Shown piece by piece: positions 11,645-23,425 of a stretch of 64,000 bases of DNA. Numbering within the stretch: the first letter of the stretch is position 1; each line of letters starts with the position of its first letter. The notes beneath the pieces were generated by a model, which saw nothing but the letters and a program-made list of their open reading frames with translations, did no database searches and was not told the origin of the DNA. The DNA is from Azolla caroliniana (Eukaryota; Plantae; Polypodiophyta): assembly GCA_043228905.1 (NCBI GenBank), contig JBHGNT010000007.1, positions 8,494,001-8,558,000 on the forward strand. Direction: 5' to 3'. The translations under genes and the position numbers were made by a program.

Positions 11645-11708
11645 TTCTAGAATGTTCTAGAATGTCCTAGAGCATTCTAGGTCTAGAACATTCTAGAACA
11701 TTCTAGAA
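11645..11708. promoter_or_regulatory. Heat-shock-element-like nTTCnnGAAn array upstream of the LTR TATA box
   Basis: ttctagaatgttctagaa...ctagaacattctagaacattctagaa; TATAAATA at ~11734. Confidence 0.6.
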
Positions 11709-11959
11709 ATCTCTAAGCTATTCTATAGGAACCTATAAATAAGCGCATACATGTATTCTCAAATCAATTCGAATCAACACCAGTCTTTAGCTCTCATTAC
11801 ATATCTTGTATCCATTCTCTTTCTTTCTCTATCTTATACATCCATTCTTCTCTATCCTTCTTCCATCACTCTATCTTTTATCCTTGGTTCTGACAGTTTG
11901 ATTCAAATTCTTTCTCTCTCTCTCTCTCTCTTATCCTCCTTTGTAACCATCCTGAAACC

Positions 11960-13123
11960 ATGGTTTCCATTAACTCAGAAGAATATCTCACCCTTGTTGC
12001 AGAAATGGAGAACCTTATATCCAAGTTCGCATCTCTTGAAGTAGAGAATCAACGTCTACTTGGGGATCTACAAAAGGTTACTATAGAGAAGCAACAACAA
12101 GAAGAGGAGTTCACGCGACGAGTGCAACAGTTAGAGTTGACAATTGTTGTGTTACAACAACAAAGGGTTGAAGGTCAGGGACTTATCAAGGAGCCCAAAA
12201 TTAGCCTCCCAGCTAAATTTGATGGGTCGAGGGCGCATTTCCGAGGTTTTTTGAATCAAGTACGGTTGGTGATTCAAATGCATCCCGCACATTATCCAAC
12301 AGATGCATCACGAGTCGGGCTAGTGGGCACTTTATTGACTGGCATAGCGTTGTCGTGGTTTGCTCCATTGCTAGAGACCAATTCTCCTCTACTGAATAAT
12401 TTCAAGGAATTTATCAAGGAATTTAAGTCTTGTTTCGGAGATACTGATGGGGCGAGAACAACTATCAACAAGATTCGTACACTTCGTCAAGGCGATAAAC
12501 CAGCTTCAACATATGCTGCCAATTTCCGTCTCATCGCAAGCGATATTCCTTGGGATGAACAAGCCCTAATGGAGCAATTCCGTTCAGGCCTTCGTAGTGA
12601 TGTCAAAGACTTACTTCTTACCTTCCCCGAGGATCCAAGGTCACTTACAGAAGCTATTAGTCAAGCAATACGGTGTGATAATCGCCTTTTTGAGCGTCGA
12701 TGTGAGCGACAACAACAAATAACAAGATCTAGATTCACACCAACTTATGCATCAGTAACGACGCAATCATCCCCAAGGCAAATGTATAGCCCTGCTCCAA
12801 CTCCAAGGCAAACACGTAGTCCAGTCCCAATGGATAGTCCTACACCCATGGAGATCGATATGACTCAACGACGAGGGCCGTTGTCAGACGAAGAGAAGCA
12901 ACGTCGTCGAGCAAACCATCTGTGCTTATATTGTGGAGGTCCAGGACATATAGCCATTCATTGCTCCCGTAGGCCGAGACGTCAGGTAAATCAAATTCAC
13001 TATGACAATAAAAATGAGTCCAACATTTTAGAAGTAGTTAGTGAATCTAATATTATGAATAATCCACCCTTGTCCAATAAATTTGAAGTCCTAAGCCAAT
13101 TAGAAGAGGAGTCAAACGAATAA
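11960..13123 (+). CDS. gag: Gag of chromovirus 2 (open, 387 aa)
   Basis: KEPKISLPAKFDG, LRQG, CLYCGGPGHIAIHC. Confidence 0.9.
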   Translation: MVSINSEEYLTLVAEMENLISKFASLEVENQRLLGDLQKVTIEKQQQEEEFTRRVQQLELTIVVLQQQRVEGQGLIKEPKISLPAKFDGSRAHFRGFLNQVRLVIQMHPAHYPTDASRVGLVGTLLTGIALSWFAPLLETNSPLLNNFKEFIKEFKSCFGDTDGARTTINKIRTLRQGDKPASTYAANFRLIASDIPWDEQALMEQFRSGLRSDVKDLLLTFPEDPRSLTEAISQAIRCDNRLFERRCERQQQITRSRFTPTYASVTTQSSPRQMYSPAPTPRQTRSPVPMDSPTPMEIDMTQRRGPLSDEEKQRRRANHLCLYCGGPGHIAIHCSRRPRRQVNQIHYDNKNESNILEVVSESNIMNNPPLSNKFEVLSQLEEESNE

Positions 13124-16100
13124 GTCCGGCCAAAATAGGAGCCATTTGGTTGGACAACCCTAGATATGTACAACCTAGTGTGGGTTCCATTTCTTCCAAG
13201 CATGTTAGTAGAGTCTTCTCAGCCCTAGTACAAGTTAGGACACCCAGTTGTCAAATTCAAGTCCAAGCCCTCTTAGATACTGGAGCCAATTCTTGTTTCA
13301 TGGATAGAGATTTTGCCCAAAAACACCAAATATCCTTGCATACACTTCCTTGTCCAGTTTCCGTAGTAGTGATTGATGGACGCCCCATAGCTTCCGGGAA
13401 GATATTTGAAGAGTCTGAGCCAATACACATACTCTTGGGTGATTTAGGATGTGTAGTTTCCTTTAACATAATCCGTAGTCCTGAGCATCCAATTGTCCTC
13501 GGTTTGCCATGGTTCGAGCTACATAACCCTAGAATCGATTGGAGGAAGCGAGAAATTAGGTGCCCTTTAGCAGAAAATATCATTGCCAAGGATCGAACTC
13601 GGGATTATCCTCCCAAAGTATATAGTTCTACCGATACACCATATCCTTCTCATCAAATTTCAGCCATCACATTGCAACAATTGCACCAAGTGGGAGGCAA
13701 GGAGGACCTTTTCTTATTTGCAGTATCAGTGACACCTTCTAGTGTCACTCAAGGGAATTCAGACATCCAAATTCCCAAAAAATATCAAGACTATGCTGAT
13801 GTTTTCGACAAAGTCAAAGCTAGTGTTCTTCCAAAGCATCGGCCGTACGACTGTCCTATTGATCTCCAACCAGGAAAAGAGCCTCCGTGGGGTCCGATTT
13901 ACAATTTATCACCCACTGAGCTTGAGGTTCTTCGAGAATACATCGAGGAAAATCTTGCACATGGGTTTATTCGACATTCAAAGTCTCCAGCTGGTGCTCC
14001 TATCTTTTTTGTGAAGAAAAAGGACGGCTCCCTTCGTTTGGTCGTGGACTATCAAGGCTTAAATAAAGTCACCATAAGGAATAGGTATGCTTTACCTTTA
14101 ATCTCCAATCTCTTAGAACGCATTGGTGGGGCAAAGCATTTTACCAAAATTGATCTAAGGGGTGCATATAATCTTGTTCGAATTCGGCCAGGAGATGAGT
14201 GGAAAACAACATTTCGTACTCGGTTTGGTCATTTCGAGTATACAGTCATGCCTTTCGGGCTCACAAATGCACCTGCCGTATTCCAACATATGGCAAATGA
14301 CATCTTCCGGGATTTCTTGGATATTTTTCTTATCATCTACCTAGATGATCTATTGATTTACTCTAAAACACAGGGGGAGCATGATATACATGTGCGGCAA
14401 GTACTTGAACGCCTAAGGAAGTATGGTCTTTACGCCAAACTTGAGAAATGCAGTTTTGATTGCAAACAAGTCGAATTTTTGGGATACACTATTTCATCCC
14501 AGGGTGTTTTCATGGACCCGGCAAAAGTCCAAACAATATTGGAATGGAAACCCCCATGCTCAGTTCGGGATGTCCAGTGTTTCCTCGGATTTGCGAACTT
14601 CTATCGCAAATTCATACATAATTATTCAAGCATTGTGTTGCCCCTTACTCAACTCACCAAGAAAAATCAAGCATTTTTTTGGAGTATCGAAGCGGACAAG
14701 GCTTTTACGCAGCTAAAAGAGGCATTCACATCAGCACCCATCCTAGCACATATTGATCCTGCACATATTGAGGCGGATGCATCAGACTTTGCATTGGGAA
14801 GTATCCTATCGCAACCAGGCGAGGACGGGCAGATACATCCAGTCGCGTTTCACTCGAGAAAGTTTACTGTTTCGGAGATAAACTATGAGGTGCATGACAA
14901 GGAGTTACTAGCTGTGGTCGACTCATTCGAGCAATGACGTCATTTTCTAGAAGGATCACCTCATCAGATTATCATTTATAGTGATCACAAAAATCTCACA
15001 TATTTTCAAACAGCTCGAGTATTAAATAGACGACAAGCTTGGTGGGCCCAATTTCTAATGCGTTTCGATTTCAAGATCATTTTTTGCCCCGGAAAACAAC
15101 AACGGAAAGCAGATGCTTTGTCTCGGCGTTCGTATCTAGCACTTCGACCTGGAGATCCGGCCTTTGACAATCAAAAGCAAACTCTCCTCGGGCCATCAAA
15201 GCTACAGGTAACAACAATTTATGCCACACCACTTGATTCTACCCTTCTTGACACTATTCGGCAACAACTTCATTCGGATGATTTTGCTAAGGATGTCTTA
15301 GCCCACTGTGGTTCAAGTCGTCCATCTTGCTCCACATTGCCAGGGTCATCTCAACATTATAAGGACTTCAAGTGGCAAGATGGTTTACTCTTCTACAAGA
15401 ATCTCCTTTACGTCCCCGACGGATCACCCCGACTTCAAGTGTTGGAACATTGTCATGATGCCCCCATGGCTGGACATTTTGGTATTTCCAAGACCATTGA
15501 GCTGGTGAAACGTTCGTTTTGGTGGCCTCACTTGCAAAAATTTGTCGAAGATTATGTTCGCACTTGTGACACCTGCTGTCGCGCCAAAATACCCCGGCAT
15601 CACCCTTATGGCTTACTACAACCATTACCCCCTCCCAACAAGCCATGGCAGTCTATTTCTATGGATTTCATTACGGATCTGCCACCTTCCAAAGGCTTTG
15701 ATACTATTTTAACAATAGTGGATCGGTTCACCAAGATGGCACATTTTGTACCATGTGTAAAGACCATCAATAGTGAAGAAACTGTAGATCTCATTATGCG
15801 TGAAGTGTTTCGCCATCATGGTCTCCCGAATGATATTATTAGCGATCGAGGTCCTCAATTTATCTCACACTTTTGGAAGCACCTATGGGCAGGCCTCAAA
15901 ATATCTTGCAAACTCTCTTCGGCTTATCATCCACAAACTGACAGACAAACAGAGCGCACAAATCAAACGCTCGAGCAATATCTTCGATGTTTCATTAGTT
16001 ATCAACAAGATGATTGGAGTAAAATTTTACATCTTGCTGAGTTTGCATACAACAACACAGTCCACTCTTCTTCCAAAGTTACACCTTTCTTTGCCTACAC

Positions 16101-16545
16101 CGGCAACCACCCTCGATGGTGTATACTGGATCTTCCGGAGGTGTCACGAAACCCTAGTGCGGCGCATCACCTCCACCGACTACAACAAATCCAGTTCGAG
16201 TTATCGTCACATCTTCAGAAAGCGCAAGCACACCATAAGACCAATGCCGATCGACATCGTCTTAAGTCTCCGTTTAAGGTTGGTGACCTTGTATGGTTGC
16301 TTCGTCGTCACATCAAGACTACCCGACCATGTGCTAAGCTTGACTATCAACGCTTAGGTCCTTTTGTCATCACGGCGCAGATTAATGATCCAACATTTCG
16401 TCTTAACCTTCCTGCACATATGCGGCTTCACCCTGTCTTTCATAGCTCTCTTTTGGAACCTTGCCACACCTCTTTAATTCCTGATCGTGTCGTGCCACCA
16501 CCGCCTTCTGTACAACTTGTGGACGGCCCCGAATACGAGGTAGCT
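13111..16545 (+). pseudogene. pol: Pol of chromovirus 2 (stop at 14935-14937, truncated)
   Basis: LDTGA, YLDD, EADASD, integrase zinc-finger and core, GPF. Confidence 0.92.
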
Positions 16546-18174
16546 TTCTTGGTATACTCTTGTGTTGGAATTGACCATGACTTCTACGCTAGTATTATCC
16601 TTGTTAAATTTTGTGATCACATCTTTCATATCCGCTTGGCCCACTTGGCCCATATCTTTGCTTTTTGAGGTTTGCTTGGTCTCTTTGTCGCACACATTAG
16701 CTTTTGTCTTTGTGCTTTGCTCGACCTCTTTGTCGCACGCATGGACTTTCATCATGTTTCTTTGCTTTACTTCCTTGTTGCACACATTGGCTTTCACCCT
16801 TGCTTCCTCGCCGCCATCGTCCTTCTCTTGGATCTTACATCGGTTAATGCCCAAGTCTCTCAAACGAGTGTGGAGGAATTTTGTAGTTTGGCATTGCCTT
16901 TGTCGTGCTACCCTTAGCCACTTCCACCTTATGGTTGTTCGCATTGGCTTTGACCTTTGTTTCTTTGCCGCCACCTTCTGTCTCTTGGGTCTTACATCAG
17001 TTAATGCCCAAGTCTCAAGAACTTTTGTGGGGAAAGTCTCTTCATGATGGTTGTCTACCGTCTTCGGCTTGATGTCATTCTTCATGGCTATCTCTTTAGA
17101 CTCATGGGCCTCGTACCCATTAATCCTCTTGTTCGAGCAAGCCTCGATTATTCTCCTCTCTTCTTTGCATGTGTTAATTTTGGCCTTCACTTCCTCGCTG
17201 CCACCTTCCATCTCTTGGGTCTCATGTTTGCTTTCCGACGCATCTGCCCAAGTCTCTAGAACAAGTGTGGAGAAAGTCTCGACACGGCCATCCGCCATTG
17301 ACTTGTCCATACCCACCTCTGACTCGATGTCGTTTTTCGTGGCTATCTCCTTAATCATGTTGACTTCACACTTTTTATCTCCCTTGATCATGCAAGCTTT
17401 GCTCATGCTTGCACCTTCATCACTTGATGTTTCAGACACGATACATGTTTCGAAACATTTGTCTTCACTTGAAGTTACATTCGCCACCCTCAATTCATTG
17501 GTTTCTTTCTTCATCATTCTTTCTTTGCAAGATGAGAAAGTATCTTGTTCCACACCTTCTTCCGTGGTTACATCGTGGTACCGAACCTGGGCCTTTGTAT
17601 CAACCGTAACATTAATCCGCATTTGTTGGGGGGCCTCTTCTTCTTCGCTCATCATTTGCTTCAGTTTTTGCTCCTTTTGAAGCTTCTCTTCAACCTCAAC
17701 TTGCGCCTTTAAGTTCTCGAATGCCTCTTCCATCAAGACTTCTATGTCGAGTATTGTTGAACCTTCCCTCTTCGAGTTTTCTTCTTTAGGTGGAAATTTG
17801 TAGTTGCATTCCGTCCTCCTTTCACCATCCGTCGTGGGTTGTTTTGTTGTCGATGAGAATCTTGTCTTCCTCTTATCATGTAGTTGACATACTCTTTCCA
17901 CTTTCATCCAATCCTCGGTGAGGCCATTTTCACCATCATCATCCTCAAGTCGGATTCCAATGGCCTTCCTTTCCTTCCGATCGATTGACTTCACAAACAT
18001 TAGGACTTTTTCCACCCCCACCAAACTTTGATCCCGCTCCGAGAGTTGTGCAAAGCAACACTCGAACTCAACAAAAGCATGCATGGCACTTTGGTGGGTC
18101 TCTAATGATGATACCCATTGGTCAAACTCGTATAGTTTGCATCTCTTCGGCTCTTTGTATCTATATGCCTCCAT
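16546..18174 (-). CDS. Gag-like ORF of the Trp-primed element with a long repetitive charged tail
   Basis: Part of ORF 16474-18174; starts ~25 nt after the PBS; N-terminus KVLMFVKSIDRKER...GLTEDW looks like a bryophyte Gypsy capsid; last ~24 codons read into chromovirus 2. Confidence 0.6.
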
Positions 18175-18198
18175 GAGATATCCTCCTACTGCCTCGTT

Positions 18199-18215
18199 TC
18201 ACGTCGGGTTCACCA
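18199..18215 (-). other. PBS complementary to tRNA-Trp
   Basis: TGGTGAACCCGACGTGA on the minus strand, 4 nt from the LTR; plant tRNA-Trp ends ...TCACGTCGGGTTCA-CCA. Confidence 0.88.
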
Positions 18216-18219
18216 AAGA

Positions 18220-19413
18220 TGTCACGAAAATACGACGAGGATACGTGAACTTTGAGGCAAGACCCCGGGGCCTCCGACCGGAAGATGTCAAATTCGTATG
18301 CTTATATTAAACCATTGATGGAAAATGAGAAAGATTGAAAAATTTCATTACCAAATAGAAAAGAAAAATTACAATCAATCCCAAGATTGGGATTACAAAA
18401 GTTTTAGCTTATGGAGATTGCTAGAATAATAGATTAGAAGAAACTAAGATACGGATTCGATAGGAAAATTATATGGCTTCCGTAGGGAAAATTAGGGTTT
18501 ATGACTTCCGTAAGGAAATTTAGGGTTCTTGGCTTCGATAAGATAAGGGAGCTCAGAAGGAAAAGAAAAAAAATTAAGATAATACGGAGAGAGCCTGAGT
18601 GTAGGAAAAAAAATGGAATTTTATATGGATTTCTCCCTTGATCATCTGCATGTCTAGTTTTTGTTGCATGGCCTCTACTTTTAGTTGCTTAGCTTTTTCT
18701 TTTAGTTGCATGCCTTTTTCTTTTAGTTGCATGCGACCGTCCACATGACCTTTACTTTAGTTTTCTCCACTTCACTTTAATTAGCCACATGATCCTTTTA
18801 TCCATTTGGTTTGCGTCCAGCCTCGTCCGGTCGCTGGTTCCGTTTAGTCGCCGATTGCCGCCGCCTCGCCGATTGCTGCCGCCTCGTCGGCTCCGCCGCC
18901 GGTTCCGGTTTACTTACTGGCCAGTTTTCGGTTTTGCGTACCGGCCCGGTTCCGAATTGCTTCATGGCTGGTTCCGGTTTGCTTCCCGGCCGATTTCCGG
19001 TTTTGCTTACCGGTCGGTTTCGGTTTTGCTTACCACCCGGGTTCCGGTTTGCTTACCGGCCGGTTTCCGGTTTTTGGGAACTTAGCCACCATCATCCATC
19101 AAGACAAAGCGGCCAAAGTTCTCTTAGCACAAATAAAAAATGAGGGATCTCAATGTGCTTATATAGCCAGGGCCTTAAGTTTCCTATCTATGTGGAATAC
19201 TTCAAAATTCTATTTTCCCTATCTTCTCAAGCTTAATCTCCACCTAACTTGATATGTAGTTGTCTATTTTGTATTTAGTAAAATTCGTTTTGAAGCTCTT
19301 GAGTACATCCATATTTCTATGACAAGCTACTAATCTAATCTAAAATAATTGTTTCATTATTTATATTTATTTTTTACATAGTTTTCATATCGTGTGTGAA
19401 AAACCACACAACA
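18220..19413 (-). repeat. 5' LTR of the Trp-primed element (1194 bp)
   Basis: tgtcacga...cacacaaca; host Gypsy sequence resumes at 19414. Confidence 0.88.
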
Positions 19414-19707
19414 GGGCAAGTGTGAGCTCTGTGATAGGATGGAGAAGAGGGTGAGACAGGGAAGCGATGAGAGTGATGAGAGTTAGAAGGTTGATTTTTA
19501 TGTTGTGTAGAAAACTTTCTATTTCCTTCTTTCTGTGGCCTAGGGTTCGTTGGTCGGTGAGCCATCGTGGTGCCTCGTGTTCTTGGCCTAGAAGTTTGTG
19601 CATGCCTTAAGTCCTTTTAATATCGTCGTTATCTTCTCTTTCTTTCTTTTTCGTAACGGTTACATACAATACTATTTTTACACTATAATACAAGTGGGGC
19701 CATCTAC

Positions 19708-21648
19708 TTACTCCGCGGATTCTCCGGCTTTGTTTGATCCGGTAGGGAACAAGTTAGGTGGCGTAGGTCCCAGATAAGGTTTAAGGCGAAATCCATTCAC
19801 TATTTGTCGTAACACTTCCCCGGCCAACATGCACAGTTGAAACGTGCCCTGTTCTGCTCCTACTATCCAGTACGGGCCTGTCCAGCGGAATCTTAATTTT
19901 CCTGGCATATGCCCCATGCGTGTTTGGAAAACTAATACCGCTTTTCCAACCGTTAAATCTTTTTCACGTGCATGCCGGTGTTAGTCCATGAATGCTTTGC
20001 GCCGCCGTTGTTCCTGCTCTAATATGGCCATACTACGTAACCTTGTTTCTCCTAGCTATAGTAGTTGTTCTAGCCGTACTTGTTCGGATTTGCCCTCTGG
20101 TAGCCGGGCTCGTACTTGAATCCGCAGACTGGGTACTTGGAATTCGACTGGCATCACGACCTCTAGACCAAATGCTAGCCTGAACGATGTTGATTGTATG
20201 CTGATCTTATAGGTGGTACGGTATTCCCATAACGCGCTATGCAACTTGGTGTCCCAATCTGTCCTGTTCTCATTGACTATCTTTTTGAGGATAGTTTGGA
20301 GGGTTTTGTTCGTGGATTCCGCCAAGCCATTTGCCTGCAGGTAATACAACGTACTATTTTTGTGCACCATAGTGTAATGTTGGGTCAGTTCGCTGATGAC
20401 CGTATTCAGAGAGTGACTCCCTTGGTCACTAATGAGCTCGATAGGGCAGCTAAAACGACACCAAATCTGTTCGTAAAGGAATTTCGCCGTGACTTCCGCG
20501 GTATTCTCACACAATGGTTTCGCTTCTACCCACTTGGTACAGTAATCTGTGGTCACCAGGATATACTTATTACCTGTTCGAGCAGCCGCGGCCCCCACTT
20601 TTGGAAAGGATCCAATGGTAACACTGGTTGGTGTGGCATTCTCACGACTTCCGTGGGCTGGCCCAGTCGTTGACATGAATCACACTGTTTGCAATATTCA
20701 TACGCGTCCTTTTGTGTCGTTGGCCACCAAAGTCCTGCTAGCCAAATTTGCCGGGCCATAACATCGCCCGCGTAATGTCCTCCTGCTGTACCAAAATGGG
20801 CTTCGCGTAGAACCGCGGCCTTCTCATCCTGCCGTATTCCGCGCCTCAAGATGTTGTCACTGCCCTTGTGGTATAGTATGTCTGCCACTAAACAGAAGTT
20901 TCGACTTCGTACGGCCAACCGTTTTTTCTCGTCCGTCCATAATTGAGGTGGCGGTAACCCTATGGTCAGGAAGTAGGTCATTTCCATGAGACACCGATCC
21001 GGGACAGTCTTTTCCGTTCGTTCTGCTAGCGTTGCTACCCGCAGAATGTCCGCATCTGGAAAGTCATCGTCATCCTTCTGCGACGTTTCTCCATTATCGA
21101 GTCTGCTCAAAAAATCTGCCACTACGTGTTGTGTACCTGGGCGGTCCTGAATTCCAAAGTCGAATTCTTGAAGCAACAACATCCATCTCGCCATTTTCCC
21201 CGTCAGCGCTTGTTTCCCTACCAAATATAGCAGTGCCGAATGATCCACGTGAAACGTGAATTTTCGCCCTAGCAGATAATGTCGGAACTTATTGATGCTA
21301 TAGATCATACCCAATGTGTCACGCTCCGTTGTGGGATAGTTACGATCAGCCGTTGGTAATTTCCGACTAGCGTAGTACACCGGCCGGTACCAATTCGGCT
21401 CCGTGAGCTGCATTAGCGCACTACCTATTTCTATGTCTGAGGCATCTACGAACACGTGGAATGGCTTCGCCCAAACTAGTGCTTGTATGACGGTTGCCTA
21501 CGTTAGCATTACCTTTAGCGCATCATATGCCTTCTCTTCCGTAGATGTCCATTGGAAGGGAGTTTGATGAACGGTGGCATGTAACGGCGTGGCGAAGTCC
21601 GCCAAATAGCGTATCATTTGATTATACCATCATATTTGCCCTAAAAAC
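19708..21648 (-). pseudogene. pol: RNase H and integrase of Gypsy copy A
   Basis: FVDASD, DYCTKWVEA, SDQGSH, QANGLAE, RWTGPY; frameshifted. Confidence 0.9.
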
Positions 21649-22119
21649 TGTCAAGACTGAGAGAAAGAAAGAGAGAGAAAAAGAGATAGAGAGATAATTG
21701 AAAGAGAATTATTATATTGAAGTGTAAAATGAATTACAAAGAGTAGGCTACAAAATGGCGTTGAACCAATTTAGGTTTGGGATGGGTGGTAGATCCCTAT
21801 TTATAAGTAATAGAGAACACTCTAGAATATTCTAGGTTATCCTAGAATGTAGAGTAATCTAGAAGATCTCTAGAGTATTCTAGAAGGTTCTAGTGGTATA
21901 GAACACTCTAGAATATTCTAGGTCATTCTAGAATGTAGAGTAATATAGAATATTCCTATGATATTAGATTTCATATTCTAGAGACTATACATATAAGAAT
22001 ATTAATACAATGGTTAAAGATTTGACATGTGTACAACAAGGTCGTGGGTTCAAATCCTTTCGAGTCATAATGTGAGTGTCATGATCCTTTCGATGCATGA
22101 TGTGAGTGTTATCATGACA
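21649..22119 (-). repeat. 3' LTR of chromovirus 3
   Basis: tgtcaagac...tcatgaca; direct repeat of 27660-28130. Confidence 0.95.
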
Positions 22120-22715
22120 CTATCCCCCTTCTTTGACGACACGTCTCACGGGTCGTAGGGTTTGTATTAGGACTTGGTTTACAAGGATATTGGCGATTAA
22201 ATGCATTGGAAAGATTTGCGGCAGGTTCCCAAGTTCGATCATTGGGGGTATAGCGTAGCCAATTGACTAAGTAATACAGCTTGTTGCGCACAATTTTAGA
22301 ATCAAGAGCGGCAGCAATTTCAAATTCAGGTCCGTCCAAGAACTTGACAGATGGTGGGGGTGTCGTAAGATGGCCCGGAATTGAACTTGTAGTATAAGGT
22401 TCCAAAAGGGATACATGAAACACCGGATGAAGATGCATGGGCGGAGGGAGGTCAAGACGAAATGCAACCTCACTTATCTTACCAGTGATCATGTAAGGGC
22501 CAAAACGTTGGTAATCCAATTTACTACAAGGTCGAGTGGTCTTGATGTTGTGTTGGAGAAGCCATACATGATCCCCAATGCGGAACTTTTTTGAGGAGTC
22601 TAGACGATGATGATCGGCAAGCCTCTTGTGTGTAAATTGAGCATCATGCAAATTGTGGAGAATGTTAGCTTGAATTTCTTGGAGGTGACTAAGACGATCC
22701 TCGGCAACAGGGTTG

Positions 22716-23425
22716 TGACAGGAACTTGTCGTTCCTTATGCGCAAGACTCGGCCACAACCGAGATTCTTTTCATACACAGAAAAACAGGTAATGAAACGC
22801 GACACAAAGAAGAGAAATGGTACACAGGAGGTTTACGTGGAAAACCCCAAACTAGGGGAAAAACAACGGCAGCCCACAGGCTGCAAACTGTCACTATGTA
22901 TGAATGTACAAAACAGTGAGTTCACGGAGGCAACGACCTCGAACTCACGCTCTTCGCCACAGGCGGCGGTTACAACAGAGGCAACGACCTCTTTCTCTCT
23001 CTCTCTCTCTGTACAACGTTACGCACACTAATCTCGTGTAATACAGAAAATTGACAACAACCTAATATTAGTTTGCCCTAAGTCATATTTATACTAATAT
23101 GACTTTTCGGCTATTTACAAATATAGCCACAATGGGCTCTCAGAAACATATTTACGAACATGTCTCTTCCTCCGGTTCATACCGGGTCTGCACCATCCGG
23201 CTCTCTGTAGCCGGGTACTCCTCATCCGGTTCATACCGGGCCTGCACCATCCGGTTCTCCGTAGCCGGGTACTCCTCATCCGGTTCATACCGGGCCTGCA
23301 CCATCCGGCTCTCCGTAGCCGGGTACTCCTCATACGGTTTCGGCCTCGGCCTATCGGCCTTGGCCGAGTTTGTTCATCGTCACTGATCTTCCCCCTTCCC
23401 ATCCGGAGGGACCTGTCTCCCAACA
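22716..23425. mobile_element. Solo LTR (710 bp), family unassigned
   Basis: TG..CA ends, TSD GGTTG (22711-22715/23426-23430); removing it restores the integrase reading HPEVPTNPVAEDR. Confidence 0.88.
23171..23332. repeat. 3 x 54-bp tandem repeat in the solo LTR
   Basis: tccggttcataccggg... at 23171, 23225, 23279. Confidence 0.9.

Larger units (their letters stand above)
11487..16545 (+). mobile_element. Tcn1-like chromovirus 2, 3'-truncated (no 3' LTR)
   Basis: LTR 11487-11895 (tgtcatga..ctgaca), gag, pol; stops at the start of the chromodomain (EYEVA, ~16545). Confidence 0.92.
3119..19413 (-). mobile_element. tRNA-Trp-primed non-autonomous LTR element (gag-like ORF only) with rearranged 3' LTR; hosts two chromoviruses
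   Basis: 5' LTR 18220-19413 (TG..CA), PBS 18199-18215, PPT ~11175-11191, 3' LTR pieces 3119-3926 and 3970-11174. No pol of its own is visible. Confidence 0.78.

Noticed and set aside
16562-17680. Hydrophobic plus-strand ORFs resembling membrane or env proteins
   Set aside because: Antisense shadows of the Lys/Glu-rich minus-strand ORF.
22711-22715. GGTTG also precedes chromovirus 2 (11482-11486), suggesting a linked TSD
   Set aside because: The solo LTR has its own matching TSD and the families are unrelated; treated as coincidence.
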